A stretch of DNA of 64,000 nucleotides from an uncultured delta proteobacterium (GTDB taxonomy: Bacteria; Desulfobacterota; Binatia; UBA9968): positions 448,001 through 512,000 of the forward strand of contig CAVSHR010000002.1 in the NCBI GenBank assembly GCA_963727625.1. Reading direction: 5' to 3'. Under the pieces are notes generated by a model. It was given only the letters and a program-made list of their open reading frames with translations. It was not told where the DNA came from and searched no databases. The translations under genes and the position numbers were made by a program. Positions 9,436 to 19,212 of this stretch are shown piece by piece (within the stretch, counting starts at the first letter, position 1; every line of letters starts with the position of its first letter).

Positions 9436-10404
9436 CTATCCGTTCAACTTGGAGTATTTCTCGCGCAGCTTGGCATAGCGCGCGCCGCCTTCTTGGGCGC
9501 CTTTGACGAAGTCTTCGGGCATTACATTGTACGGCGGTCGGATCGGGCCGGGCTTGCAGTAGCCCGAAGCGCCCATCAGGACTTTTTCCATCTGGATATT
9601 GTACGACGCGAACACGTCCTGGGAACCGGTGATCATGTGATGCGGTTCGTTGGCCCAGGCGATGTCATCGGCCACGGCTTTGGCCTGCGGCGCGCTGCCG
9701 TCGGCGAGCGCCTTCATCAAGGCGATCCCGACCTGCGGGCCGACCGACGGCATCCAACAGGTCGTTTGCGACGCCGGGGACATTTGCGCGAACTCATAAG
9801 CGAGGCCGACCGGCGGGACGAAGTTGACCCGGCCTTTGACCGCCGCCACTGATTCTTTCAAGATCGCCTTGCTGGAAAACTTCGCCGACATGACGGTCGG
9901 TGCCTGGTCGACGACCCGCTGCCAGAAATCGACGCCGAAAGGAAAGCGAAAGGCGCGCGGGTTGGCATAAACCATGATCGGAAAATCGGGAAAGGTTTGC
10001 GCCACGTCGTGATAGAATTTCACTGCCATATCGAGGGTCGCGGGCTGCCACATGGGAATGCCGAGAAGCGTGCCGGTGGCGCCGAGCCCCTTGACGAATT
10101 TGATCCGCCGGGCGATTTCATGGCCGCCCAAGGCGGTGGTGCCGATGAACGTAGGAATGCGCCCGCGCACGGTTTTCACCACACAATCCACGTAGGCCTC
10201 GTAATCGCTTTGCGAAGTCGTCGCGCACTCGCCCATGGTGCCGAGTGCCATGATGCCGGCGGCGCCGTCGCGCACCAAACTTTCAGATAACCGCGCGGTT
10301 TCGTCCAAGTCCACGGTATCGGTTGCATCGAGACGGTCGGCTCCGGCTTTCGCCGGCGTCGGCATGATTGCCAAAACTCCTCGTAGATCTTTCGCGCTAA
10401 GCAT
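9436..10404 (-). CDS. DHDPS-family aldolase, NahE-like hydratase-aldolase
   Basis: GVLAIMPTPAK..A......TVDLDETARL, GTMGECAT, LG.PMW, YANP.AF.F.F. Confidence 0.8.
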   Translation of the reverse strand: MLSAKDLRGVLAIMPTPAKAGADRLDATDTVDLDETARLSESLVRDGAAGIMALGTMGECATTSQSDYEAYVDCVVKTVRGRIPTFIGTTALGGHEIARRIKFVKGLGATGTLLGIPMWQPATLDMAVKFYHDVAQTFPDFPIMVYANPRAFRFPFGVDFWQRVVDQAPTVMSAKFSSKAILKESVAAVKGRVNFVPPVGLAYEFAQMSPASQTTCWMPSVGPQVGIALMKALADGSAPQAKAVADDIAWANEPHHMITGSQDVFASYNIQMEKVLMGASGYCKPGPIRPPYNVMPEDFVKGAQEGGARYAKLREKYSKLNG

Positions 10405-10469
10405 ATTGGGACCTCCTCAATTTTGTTTGGGTCTTTTTCTGATCTTCTTGCCTTGTCTAACATGCGTCG

Positions 10470-11189
10470 TCAGCGGCAAGCAACGCGCGGCCTTGACAGC
10501 CGAACTGGCAAACGGCGCGTCAGGACTATGTTCCTCGGGGTCACTCGGGCTTGATAGGGCAGGGCTTCGACGCCTGCCTTGACGGCGCGGCGTAGCCAGC
10601 AGGCGTATTCCGCATCGATTTCGTCCGCTGGACGAAAATAGTCACAGTCGCCGCGTTGGACCACGAAAACAATCGCGGCGCGATGGCCTTGGCGTTTGAG
10701 CCGCATAAGCTCTTTAAGGTGTTTCGTCGCCCGTTCGCTGATCGCGTCGGGAAAGGCCGCGGCGCGCTCGATCGCGAGCGTGACGTTTTTCACTTCGACG
10801 AAGCAGCGCTCCTGGTTTCGTTCCAGGCAAAGGTCGAGGCGGCTGTGGGCGCTGACTTTGACTTCGCGGCGCACAATCGGATAGCCGCGCAGTTCGGCGA
10901 TGATGCCGGCTTCGACCGCTTCAGCGACCAGTCGGTTCGGGTGCATCGTGTTGATGCCGACCCAGGCGCGATCGATCCGAATCATTTCCCAAGTGTGAGC
11001 GAGCTTGCGCTTGGGATTATCGCTCAGGGAGAGATAGACAGCGCTGCCGGGCTCCTTGCAGCCGAGCATGCTGCCGGTGTTGGTGCAGTGCGCGGTGACA
11101 ATCCGGTCGTCGGCCAGTCGAACGTCGGCGAGAAAGCGCTTGTAGCGTTGAATGAGCGTGCCGCGGATGAGCTTCGATGGAAAACGCAT
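10470..11189 (-). CDS. sfsA: DNA/RNA nuclease SfsA
   Basis: RYKRFLADV, AHC.NTGSM.G, FVEVKNVTL, FPDA.SER..KHL.EL. Confidence 0.95.
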   Translation of the reverse strand: MRFPSKLIRGTLIQRYKRFLADVRLADDRIVTAHCTNTGSMLGCKEPGSAVYLSLSDNPKRKLAHTWEMIRIDRAWVGINTMHPNRLVAEAVEAGIIAELRGYPIVRREVKVSAHSRLDLCLERNQERCFVEVKNVTLAIERAAAFPDAISERATKHLKELMRLKRQGHRAAIVFVVQRGDCDYFRPADEIDAEYACWLRRAVKAGVEALPYQARVTPRNIVLTRRLPVRLSRPRVACR

Positions 11190-11299
11190 GACCAGAGTTA
11201 TAGCGAATGACGCCGGCGATTCCCAATCGTCGAATGCTTTCTTGAACTGGAAGTGGCGCTTTGTTAGCTTCGGATGACCAATTCACGGATGGAGACCAG

Positions 11300-13516
11300 A
11301 TGGCGAAGCGATCACTGAAATACGTCGGCCATAGCGTTGCGCGTGTGGACGGCATAGAAAAGGTTACCGGCAAGGCGAAGTTCGTCGGCGACTTGAACAT
11401 TTCCGGCATGCTCCACGGCAAAATTCTCCGCAGCCCCTATCCGCACGCGCGGATTCGTTCGATCGACGCGGGTTCGGCCGAGGCGGTCCCCGGCGTGGTT
11501 GCGGTTTTGACCGCGGCCGATATCGCTGACCTCAATCCGATTTACAACGGTAGACCCGTGATCGCGATGAACAAGGTGCGCTACGTCGGCGAACCGGTGG
11601 CGGCGGTGGCGGCGGTGGATTTGGCGACCGCCGAGGAAGCCCTGGCGCTGATTCAGGTCGAATACGAAGAGCTGCCGGCCGCGGTGGGCATCGAAGCGGC
11701 GCTGAAGAGTGATGCACCGCTGATTCACGAAGAGAAAAGCAGCAATGTCGGCACCCATGAAAAAGTCAGCCGCGGTAACGTCGACGCCGGCTTTGCCGAG
11801 TCTGACGAGATTGCCGAAGATTGGTTTACCTTTCCGATGGTTTATCATTACGCCATGGAGCCGCACTCGGCCATCGCGCACTACGGCGAGGACGAGATCA
11901 CCGTCTGGTCGTCGGCGCAGCATCCGTTTCAGGTGCGCGGCGATATCTCGCGAGTCTTCAAACTGCCGCCGTCGAAAGTGCGCCTGATCATCAGTTATTT
12001 AGGCGGCGGCTACGGCAGCAAGTCCTACACTAAATTCGAACCGCTGGTGGTGGCGCTGGCGCGCAAGGCAAAGCAGCCGGTGCGCATCTGCAACTCGGTG
12101 GGCGAGTCGATGGTGACGGTGCGCCGCCACGGCGCGCGCGTGCGGGTCAAGACCGGCGTCAAACGCGACGGCACGATCATGGCGCGCGAGGCGGAAATTT
12201 ATCTCGACACTGGCGGCTACGACGACAACGGACCGCAGGTGACAGCGCGCTCGGCGACGCGGGTGATCGGGCCCTACTGGATTCCCAACATCCGCACCGA
12301 CGCCTATCAAGTTTATACCAATACCGGCTCGGCGGGCTCATACCGCGCCATCGGCGCACCGCAAGTGATCTATGCCGGCGAGTCGCAGATTGAAATGCTC
12401 GCGGCGAAGATCGGCATGGACCCGGCCGAGCTCCGGCTGAAAAATTTGCTTAAGAGAGGCCAAGAGCTGCGCTCCGGCCTGAAAGGCATCGACGCTAACT
12501 TGGCATCGAGCCTCAAGAGCCTGGTACGGGCGAGCGGCTGGAAAAAGTCGATCAAGAAAAAGCGCGCCGCCATCGGTATGGGTTGCGCGATCACCAACGC
12601 CGGCGCCACACCGGTCTCGGTAGCCTTGATTCGCATGCAGTCCGACGGCATCGCCAACATCGCCGCCGGCAGTACCGAGATGGGGCAGGGGGTGCGCACG
12701 ACCTTGACTCAGATCGCCGCCGAAGAGCTGACGCTGCCGATGGAGCAATTCCGCATGGTCGGAGCGGACACCAAAGTGACGCCTTACGATAGCTCCACCG
12801 GCTCGAGCCGATCGACCACGCTGATGGGCACTGCGGTGCAAAAGGCGGCGCGAGACCTGAAGCAACAGTTGATCAAAATAGGCGCACAGACCATGGGCGT
12901 GAAGCCAAGGCAAGTCCGAGTCGAAGACGGCGCGCTGATCTGCGGCGAGTCGCGGCTTAGCTTCAAAGAGGCCTTCGAGCGGCGCTTCGGCAAGGGCTCG
13001 GGCGGAGAGATGATCGGCCGGGGCGAAGCCGGTCCGGAGATTACCGGCAACCAACTGCCGGTTTTCTGGGAGATCGGGATGGGCATGGCCGAGGTCGACA
13101 TCGATCGCGAAACCGGCGAAGTGACGCTCAAGAAATTCATCTCGGTCGCCGACGTCGGCAAGGCGATCCATCCCGAGCATTGCGCCGCCCAAGAAGAAGG
13201 CGCGGCGATGCAGGGCATCGGCCATACGTTTTTCGAGCAATTGATCTACGACAACGGCCAGCTGGTCAATCCGAATCTGGTCGATTACCGGATTCCAACT
13301 TTTGACGACATACCCGAAGAGTTTCATACCGCGCTGGTCGAGAACGGCGATGGGCCTGGGCCCTTCGGTGTGCGCGGCATGGCCGAGGGCGGCATTCTTT
13401 CCGTGGCGCCGTCGGTTTGCAACGCCATCGATCGCGCCACTGGCGTGCGTATCAAAGATTTGCCGCTGACGCCCGAACGGGTTTGGCGCGCGTTGAAGGA
13501 TGGTTCGAAGCCGTGA
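11300..13516 (+). CDS. Xanthine dehydrogenase-family molybdopterin-binding large subunit
   Basis: R.DG.EKVTG.A, RSPYPHARI, GGGYGSK, YRAIGAPQ, EMGQG..T, GPFG.RG.AE, LPLTPERV. Confidence 0.93.
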   Translation: MAKRSLKYVGHSVARVDGIEKVTGKAKFVGDLNISGMLHGKILRSPYPHARIRSIDAGSAEAVPGVVAVLTAADIADLNPIYNGRPVIAMNKVRYVGEPVAAVAAVDLATAEEALALIQVEYEELPAAVGIEAALKSDAPLIHEEKSSNVGTHEKVSRGNVDAGFAESDEIAEDWFTFPMVYHYAMEPHSAIAHYGEDEITVWSSAQHPFQVRGDISRVFKLPPSKVRLIISYLGGGYGSKSYTKFEPLVVALARKAKQPVRICNSVGESMVTVRRHGARVRVKTGVKRDGTIMAREAEIYLDTGGYDDNGPQVTARSATRVIGPYWIPNIRTDAYQVYTNTGSAGSYRAIGAPQVIYAGESQIEMLAAKIGMDPAELRLKNLLKRGQELRSGLKGIDANLASSLKSLVRASGWKKSIKKKRAAIGMGCAITNAGATPVSVALIRMQSDGIANIAAGSTEMGQGVRTTLTQIAAEELTLPMEQFRMVGADTKVTPYDSSTGSSRSTTLMGTAVQKAARDLKQQLIKIGAQTMGVKPRQVRVEDGALICGESRLSFKEAFERRFGKGSGGEMIGRGEAGPEITGNQLPVFWEIGMGMAEVDIDRETGEVTLKKFISVADVGKAIHPEHCAAQEEGAAMQGIGHTFFEQLIYDNGQLVNPNLVDYRIPTFDDIPEEFHTALVENGDGPGPFGVRGMAEGGILSVAPSVCNAIDRATGVRIKDLPLTPERVWRALKDGSKP

Positions 13517-13530
13517 GCGACTCCCAACCC

Positions 13531-14025
13531 ATGGCAAATTTTTTGATTCGCCCGGCGACAACGGCGGATGTGCCGGTGATCCTCGGCTTCATCAAGAAGC
13601 TCGCCGAATACGAGCGGCTTTCCCATGAAGTCGTAGCGAGCGAAGAGCTGCTTCGCGAAACTCTCTTCGGCCAGCGCCGCACCGCCGAGGTAGCGATCGC
13701 TTGCTTCGAGAAAGAGCCGGTCGGTTTCGTCTTGTTCTTTCACAACTACTCGACGTTTCTCGGCCGTCCGGGCATTTATATCGAAGATCTGTTCGTTGAC
13801 GAGGCGTACCGTCGGCGCGGTTTCGGCACGGCTTTGCTTCACTACGTCGCCTACCTGGCGAATGAACGGCAGTGTGGCAGACTGGAATGGTCGGTGCTGG
13901 ATTGGAACCGGCCGGCGATCAACTTTTATAAAAAACTCGGTGCCGTGCCGATGAGCGACTGGACGGTGTTCAGGGTGACCGGAGAAGCGCTGAATAAATT
14001 GGGCGGCGCGGAGAAGGAGAGTTAA
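13531..14025 (+). CDS. GNAT acetyltransferase (SSAT-like)
   Basis: LAEYERL, F.NYSTFLGRPGIYIEDLFV, RLEWSVLDWN.PAI.FY..LGA. Confidence 0.92.
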   Translation: MANFLIRPATTADVPVILGFIKKLAEYERLSHEVVASEELLRETLFGQRRTAEVAIACFEKEPVGFVLFFHNYSTFLGRPGIYIEDLFVDEAYRRRGFGTALLHYVAYLANERQCGRLEWSVLDWNRPAINFYKKLGAVPMSDWTVFRVTGEALNKLGGAEKES

Positions 14026-14074
14026 AATCAGTTCTCTTTTCGCGTTGGGTGCTCGCGTTGGCGACGATCTCGCC

Positions 14075-14737
14075 TCAATCGCCTTCCAAGGGGATTGTAA
14101 TCTTGATTTCCGTGCCTTTGCCGGGCGCCGTTTCGATTGTCAGTTGACCGCCGATTCTGCGAATTCTTTCTTCCATGCCTTTGAGCCCATAATGGCTGCT
14201 GCCGCTGCTCGATGCAGGATCAAACCCCACGCCATTGTCGCGCAGGCTGGCTTCGCAAGCCTGTTGCGTCTTTGTGAGGGCGAGATGCAACTCGGTGGCG
14301 CGGGAGTGACGGACGGCGTTTAAAATTCCTTCGCGCAGCGTAAAGTACAACTCGCGTTCGATCGGCAGCGGCAAGTCATGGGCGCCGACGGCGCAGTGGA
14401 AATCGAGATCGAAGCCCGTACGCGCGCAGAATATGTCCAATTCTTGCTTGAGCCGGCGTTCCAGGGTGCCCGCTTGCAGTTCTCCCCTGCCCTGGTTTTC
14501 GGTCAGTAAGTTGCGGATCTCGGTGATCGCTTTGTCGATGCCTTCTTCAATGGCGCGGAGTTCCGTTGCGAGTGCGGCGCGATTATCGAGCAGCTGGCGC
14601 CGTGAGCTTTCGGCGCGGAGTCGCGCGCCCGATAGCAGTTGTAGCACCCGGTCGTGCAGCTCGCGCGAGATCCGTTGCCGCTCGGCGGCAACGGCATCTC
14701 GCGCCTGATCGGTAGCTTTTTTGGTTATGTCAGCCAA
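14075..14737 (-). CDS. HisKA_3-type histidine kinase with no input domain
   Basis: ERQRISRELHD H-box, NAVRHS N-box, DNGVGF, GL.GM.ER, PGKGT. Confidence 0.9.
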   Translation of the reverse strand: MADITKKATDQARDAVAAERQRISRELHDRVLQLLSGARLRAESSRRQLLDNRAALATELRAIEEGIDKAITEIRNLLTENQGRGELQAGTLERRLKQELDIFCARTGFDLDFHCAVGAHDLPLPIERELYFTLREGILNAVRHSRATELHLALTKTQQACEASLRDNGVGFDPASSSGSSHYGLKGMEERIRRIGGQLTIETAPGKGTEIKITIPLEGD

Positions 14738-14894
14738 GTTTCTTGCTCCGTCCCTTGCGCTTATTCAATAACCTTCGAGCGAATCAATCAATTAGCCAGG
14801 CCGGTACCTGGTACCTGCCCCGCCGCTCCATAGCTCGGGCGTCCGGCAATTGTTTGTCTCTTGGAACTACCGAGGCCTGCGGTTATCCGCCTTT

Positions 14895-15611
14895 TTACTT
14901 AGCGCTCAGATGGCGCGCCAGAAAATCCAGCGTGCGTGGCCAGGACGCCTCGTCGGCGTGACGCCGGTAGCTGTCCTTGGTGCTATCCATGAACGCATGC
15001 GCTGCGTCGGCATAAGAGTAAAATTCATGGGGCTTGTCGAGTTTCCTGAGCTCGGCGTCAAGCTTCGCCATGTCTTCGGGGGATGGATTGGCGTCATTCG
15101 CTCCGAAATGGCCTTGGATTGGACAATGAAGCTCGGCGGTGCGCTCGAACGGCGAAGGAAGGTCACGGCCCCATGCACGGAAGGTGTTGCCGGGGTAATA
15201 CACCACGGCTGCTTTGAAGGCCGGATGGGCTGCGGCCAGCAGATAAGCGACGCGGCCGCCCATGCAAAATCCGATGACGCCGAGACGGGAACCGTCGACC
15301 GATCTCTGGCGCTTTAGAAATTCAATCGTCGCAGCAGCGTCGTTGATTATGCGCCGATCGCTGAGCCGCGAGCGACGGGTGACGAGATCGTCTTTACAGT
15401 CCGGTCCGTCGCGGTGGTAAAGGTCCGGCGCGGCAGCGAGATAACCGGATTGGGCAAGCCGTTGGGTCATCTGCTGGATAAACTCATCCACACCGCCTTG
15501 GTGCTGGATTACGACCATGGCCGGAAACGGATCGACGCCTTCGGGAACGCTCACATGCAGGCGCATGGAGCTGTTATCGGATTCCGTGGTTTGCCAGCTT
15601 GATTGAGTCAT
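14895..15611 (-). CDS. Dienelactone hydrolase family protein
   Basis: APDLYHR, GVIGFCMGG nucleophile motif, Y..A.HAF. Confidence 0.92.
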   Translation of the reverse strand: MTQSSWQTTESDNSSMRLHVSVPEGVDPFPAMVVIQHQGGVDEFIQQMTQRLAQSGYLAAAPDLYHRDGPDCKDDLVTRRSRLSDRRIINDAAATIEFLKRQRSVDGSRLGVIGFCMGGRVAYLLAAAHPAFKAAVVYYPGNTFRAWGRDLPSPFERTAELHCPIQGHFGANDANPSPEDMAKLDAELRKLDKPHEFYSYADAAHAFMDSTKDSYRRHADEASWPRTLDFLARHLSAK

Positions 15612-15680
15612 ATCGCCTCCATAGTCGAACAGCTGCGCGCTCTTGATGCTCGCAGAGCCGTCTATTTTTGTTTTGGTTGT

Positions 15681-16379
15681 TTACGCCAACAGATCGACGA
15701 TTGATAGAAGACTCGTCACCCGATCCGGGTCGGGGCGATCGTCCGTATTGTGCCGGTCGACGAGCATGCCCCTCAGGCCGGCGTCATTGGCGCCGCGTCG
15801 GTCGTTGATCTCGCTGTCGCCGACATGCAGACTCTCTTCGGGTCTGAGTTCGTAACGCGCCAGAGCGGCGTGAAAAATCTCGGGATCCGGTTTGGCATAG
15901 CCGACCCGGCTCGAAACAAAAATATCTTCGAACCATGAGCCGATCCCAAGACCCTCCAGGATTTGCACCAAGCGCGAATCGAAATTGGAAATGACGCCGA
16001 GAACCAAGCCCTGTTGTTTGAGCGCGACCAGCGTGCCGGTCACCTCGGGGTAGATCATCCACGAGCCGGCTTGGGCGAAATAGGCGAACAGCTCGTCGAA
16101 AAATTCGTCAAAGCGCGCCATCGGGCCCCAGGGCCGGAATATTTCCGCTACCACACGCTTCCACCAATCTTTTTCCAAGGCGCCGATGGTTGCCTCGCTG
16201 GCGCCGGGGAAAGCGAGCCGCGGTGCGGCCTCAAAGCAGGTTCGGAAGCGCTCCGCAATCTCGGCGGGCGAGAGCTGGACGCCATACTTGGCGGCGAACG
16301 CTACGTAGCTTTCACCGACGCCGCGGGTGGGTTTGATCAGTGTACCCGCTGCGTCAAAAAAAACCGCTTTGATCGTCAT
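15681..16379 (-). CDS. HAD-IA hydrolase
   Basis: FFDAAGTL, ISNFD, KPDPEIF, HVGDS..ND..GA. Confidence 0.92.
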   Translation of the reverse strand: MTIKAVFFDAAGTLIKPTRGVGESYVAFAAKYGVQLSPAEIAERFRTCFEAAPRLAFPGASEATIGALEKDWWKRVVAEIFRPWGPMARFDEFFDELFAYFAQAGSWMIYPEVTGTLVALKQQGLVLGVISNFDSRLVQILEGLGIGSWFEDIFVSSRVGYAKPDPEIFHAALARYELRPEESLHVGDSEINDRRGANDAGLRGMLVDRHNTDDRPDPDRVTSLLSIVDLLA

Positions 16380-16449
16380 GATGTGTGCCCGGTGAAGTGG
16401 CGCTTTTGCGCAATTGCAACGACGCTAGCATGCTTTATAATTAAAATCG

Positions 16450-17040
16450 ATGCAGGAAAAGGCCGCGCTTATAATCGTCGACGTGCAAAACGACTTCTGT
16501 CCCGGTGGGACCCTCGCCGTGCAGGACGGCGCGGCGGTGGTGCCGGCCTTGAATCGCTACATTGCCCGCTTCAAAGCCGCCGGACTGCCGGTCTTTGCCA
16601 CGCGCGATTGGCATCCCGCCAGGACCGGTCATTTTAAAGACTTCGGCGGCGCATGGCCGGCGCATTGTGTGCAGGGCACAAAGGGCGCCGCGTTCCACCC
16701 CGATTTGAAGCTCGATGATGACATCATCGTCGTATCCAAAGGTACGGCGGCGGACGAAGACGCCTACTCGGGTTTTCAGGGGGCGGATCAAGCGCACATT
16801 CCGCTTGCCGAGCTCTTGCGCGCGCAGGGCATCAACAGGATTTTTATCGGCGGTTTGGCGACCGACTATTGTGTGAAAGCCACCGCGCTCGACGGTCTCA
16901 AACATGGCTTCAAAGTGGTTTTGCTCGGCGATGCGATTCGCGGTGTTAATCTTAACCCCAACGATTCCGACCTGGCTCTGAGCGCCATGGCGGAGGCCGG
17001 CACCGATCGCATTGCAAATGTTGAGGAACTGCCGTTCTAA
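16450..17040 (+). CDS. pncA: Nicotinamidase/pyrazinamidase
   Basis: VDVQNDFCPGG.LAV, RDWHP, WP.HCVQGT.GA, KG....YSGF, GLATDYCV..TA. Confidence 0.93.
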   Translation: MQEKAALIIVDVQNDFCPGGTLAVQDGAAVVPALNRYIARFKAAGLPVFATRDWHPARTGHFKDFGGAWPAHCVQGTKGAAFHPDLKLDDDIIVVSKGTAADEDAYSGFQGADQAHIPLAELLRAQGINRIFIGGLATDYCVKATALDGLKHGFKVVLLGDAIRGVNLNPNDSDLALSAMAEAGTDRIANVEELPF

Positions 17041-17125
17041 GCGGCGCGCCGTCAACCGGGTTGCCCAATCGCTGGTTCTAGGGTTGAATGGCTAAATAAA
17101 TTTCAAGTGAGAGTAAGGAGCACAG

Positions 17126-17956
17126 TTGACGAATCAATTCGAATTTAGCATGGAATTGGCGGCGGCGGAGGCGTCCGCCCGGGACGCCGGCGCCGCGGTC
17201 ATGAGTCTTTTCAAGGGCAAATACGACGTGCGGGAGAAAAGCAAAAATAATCCGGTCACCTCCGCTGACCTCGAAGCCAATCGCATTATTCGCGAAAGGA
17301 TCGGCGAGAGTTTTCCGCGCGATGGCTGGCTGTCCGAAGAAGATCAAGACAATTCTCGTCGGTTGGCCCTATCGCGCGTTTGGGTGGTCGATCCGATCGA
17401 CGGAACCAAAGAGTTCATCGAGGGCGTGCCGCAATTTGCCATCTCGATCGCCTTCGTCGTCGAAGGGCGGCCCAAAGTCGCCGTGGTTTTCAATCCGGCC
17501 AACCAGCGTTTCTACAAAGCGTCGTCGGGGCAGGGCGCCTATCTAAACGATGCGCCGATTCACGTGAATCCGCGCAACGATATCGCCGGAGCTTTGCTGC
17601 TTGTGAGCCGTTCGGAGCCGCAGAAAAAATTTCAGGTGTTCGTCGACAGCTGCGAAATCAAACCCGTCGGCAGTATCGCCTACCGGCTAGCCAAGGTCGC
17701 CGGCGGCGACGGCGACGGCACGATCACTTTTCGAACCATCCATGAGTGGGACATCTGCGCCGGCGTATTGATGGTGGAAGAGGCCGGCGGCACAGTCGTC
17801 GACGGCGCCGGCGCGCGGCTGATGTTCAATCGCCAATTGCCCAAGCATCGCGGCGTCGTGGCCGCCAACCCCGCCTTGACGGCGGGTCTTCAGGGATTGT
17901 GGGCGCATGCGATGGGCGACAAACCGTTACCGGAGGCGAGCGGAGGTCGCAACTGA
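17126..17956 (+). CDS. CysQ/inositol monophosphatase family protein
   Basis: PVT.AD, LSEE, WVVDPIDGTKEF, EWD.CAG. Confidence 0.88.
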   Translation: MTNQFEFSMELAAAEASARDAGAAVMSLFKGKYDVREKSKNNPVTSADLEANRIIRERIGESFPRDGWLSEEDQDNSRRLALSRVWVVDPIDGTKEFIEGVPQFAISIAFVVEGRPKVAVVFNPANQRFYKASSGQGAYLNDAPIHVNPRNDIAGALLLVSRSEPQKKFQVFVDSCEIKPVGSIAYRLAKVAGGDGDGTITFRTIHEWDICAGVLMVEEAGGTVVDGAGARLMFNRQLPKHRGVVAANPALTAGLQGLWAHAMGDKPLPEASGGRN

Positions 17957-18285
17957 TGCGTAAATGCTTGTATTGCGGTGAACGGGCCGGATTGTTGGGC
18001 CGTGTCTGCGGCGATTGTAAAAAGCTCCTCGCGCGGGTTGAGGAGCTGCGCGGCAAGGTGAGCTACGGGCAATTCCTCGACGGTCTGGGACAAACCGGTG
18101 TCGCCAAGGAAAAGATTTTAGTCTTTCTCAACGCCGATCCGGACAGTAACGGCAGCATTCAGGATCAGGTGACCGCTGAGATGTCCACTGAGTTGATGAA
18201 CATCATGGGCATGTCCGGGCGCCAGACCGCCAAAGAGGTCAAACGAATCCGCGGTACCGTGGAGAAAGAATCCGAGAAAGCTTAA
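17956..18285 (+). CDS. Hypothetical protein with an N-terminal CxxC..CxxC (zinc-ribbon-like)
   Basis: MRKCLYCGERAGLLGRVCGDC; translationally coupled through TGATG. Confidence 0.7.
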   Translation: MRKCLYCGERAGLLGRVCGDCKKLLARVEELRGKVSYGQFLDGLGQTGVAKEKILVFLNADPDSNGSIQDQVTAEMSTELMNIMGMSGRQTAKEVKRIRGTVEKESEKA

Positions 18286-18298
18286 ATTCGAGCCCGGC

Positions 18299-18778
18299 AT
18301 GGAAGTCACAATTTATCTATCGCTGATTTTTTTGACACTTTACTTGGCGGGTTTGGTGATTCATCGCTGGATTTTTCTGCGCGATAAACGGCGCATGGCG
18401 GAAGAGAGCCGTAGCGGCGGACGGCTGGTTGCCAAGGTCGGCGATCTCGCTCCCGGGACGGTAAGAAAGTTCTGGCTGATCTGCCAGAAATATCGATTGG
18501 ATGCATTTTTGATCAACGATAGAGGAAACTTTCACGCCTACGTGAATCGCTGCCGGCATATGCCGACGCCGTTGGATTTTGTCCGCGACGAATTTGTCAG
18601 CGATGACGGCCGATTTTTGAGATGTTATACCCATGGCGCGCTTTATGAGTTCGCTACCGGCGAATGCGTGGACGGTCCGTGCAAAGGCGAATTTCTTTAC
18701 CGCCTACCGGTTCGGGTGGACCGGGAAGATGTTCTGGTGGGCTGTCCGGACGGCGACTTGAAGCATCTTGCAGATTGA
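18299..18778 (+). CDS. Membrane-anchored Rieske [2Fe-2S] protein
   Basis: N-terminal TM helix; NRCRH...CYTHGA..C..GPC. Confidence 0.88.
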   Translation: MEVTIYLSLIFLTLYLAGLVIHRWIFLRDKRRMAEESRSGGRLVAKVGDLAPGTVRKFWLICQKYRLDAFLINDRGNFHAYVNRCRHMPTPLDFVRDEFVSDDGRFLRCYTHGALYEFATGECVDGPCKGEFLYRLPVRVDREDVLVGCPDGDLKHLAD

Positions 18779-18789
18779 GGAGCGACTCG

Positions 18790-19167
18790 ATGGGCAAAGC
18801 GGAAAAAAAATCGGCGCGAAAAATGGTCGGTGCGGTGGGCGAGATCGAACATGGCAAAAGCAAGAAGTTCACCTTGCGCCGCGGCCAACGCGAACTGGAG
18901 GCTTTGCTGGTCAATTATAAAGGGCAGCACTTTGCCTACATCAATCGTTGCCCGCACACCGGCATTACGCTGGACTGGGTCAACAATCAATTCTTCAGCT
19001 CGGACAACCGTTACATCATGTGCGCGACCCATGGCGCGGTGTTCGAGCCGCCGACCGGAGAATGCGTCTGGGGGCCCTGCTTTGGTTTGTCGCTCCAGAG
19101 CGTGCCGGTGGAAATCGAAGAGGGACGGATTTACGCGCGTTTGCCAGGCGCGGCGGACGACGAGTGA
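18790..19167 (+). CDS. Soluble Rieske [2Fe-2S] protein
   Basis: GAGGAG RBS; NRCPH...CATHGA.F...TGEC..GPC. Confidence 0.9.
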   Translation: MGKAEKKSARKMVGAVGEIEHGKSKKFTLRRGQRELEALLVNYKGQHFAYINRCPHTGITLDWVNNQFFSSDNRYIMCATHGAVFEPPTGECVWGPCFGLSLQSVPVEIEEGRIYARLPGAADDE

Positions 19168-19212
19168 GGTTTCGGCATCATTGAGGCGGCAAGCGAAACT
19201 CAGGAGCGCGCG

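Noticed and set aside
12338-13561. 407-aa minus-strand ORF
   Set aside because: GC-rich antisense shadow of the molybdopterin subunit, with no motifs.
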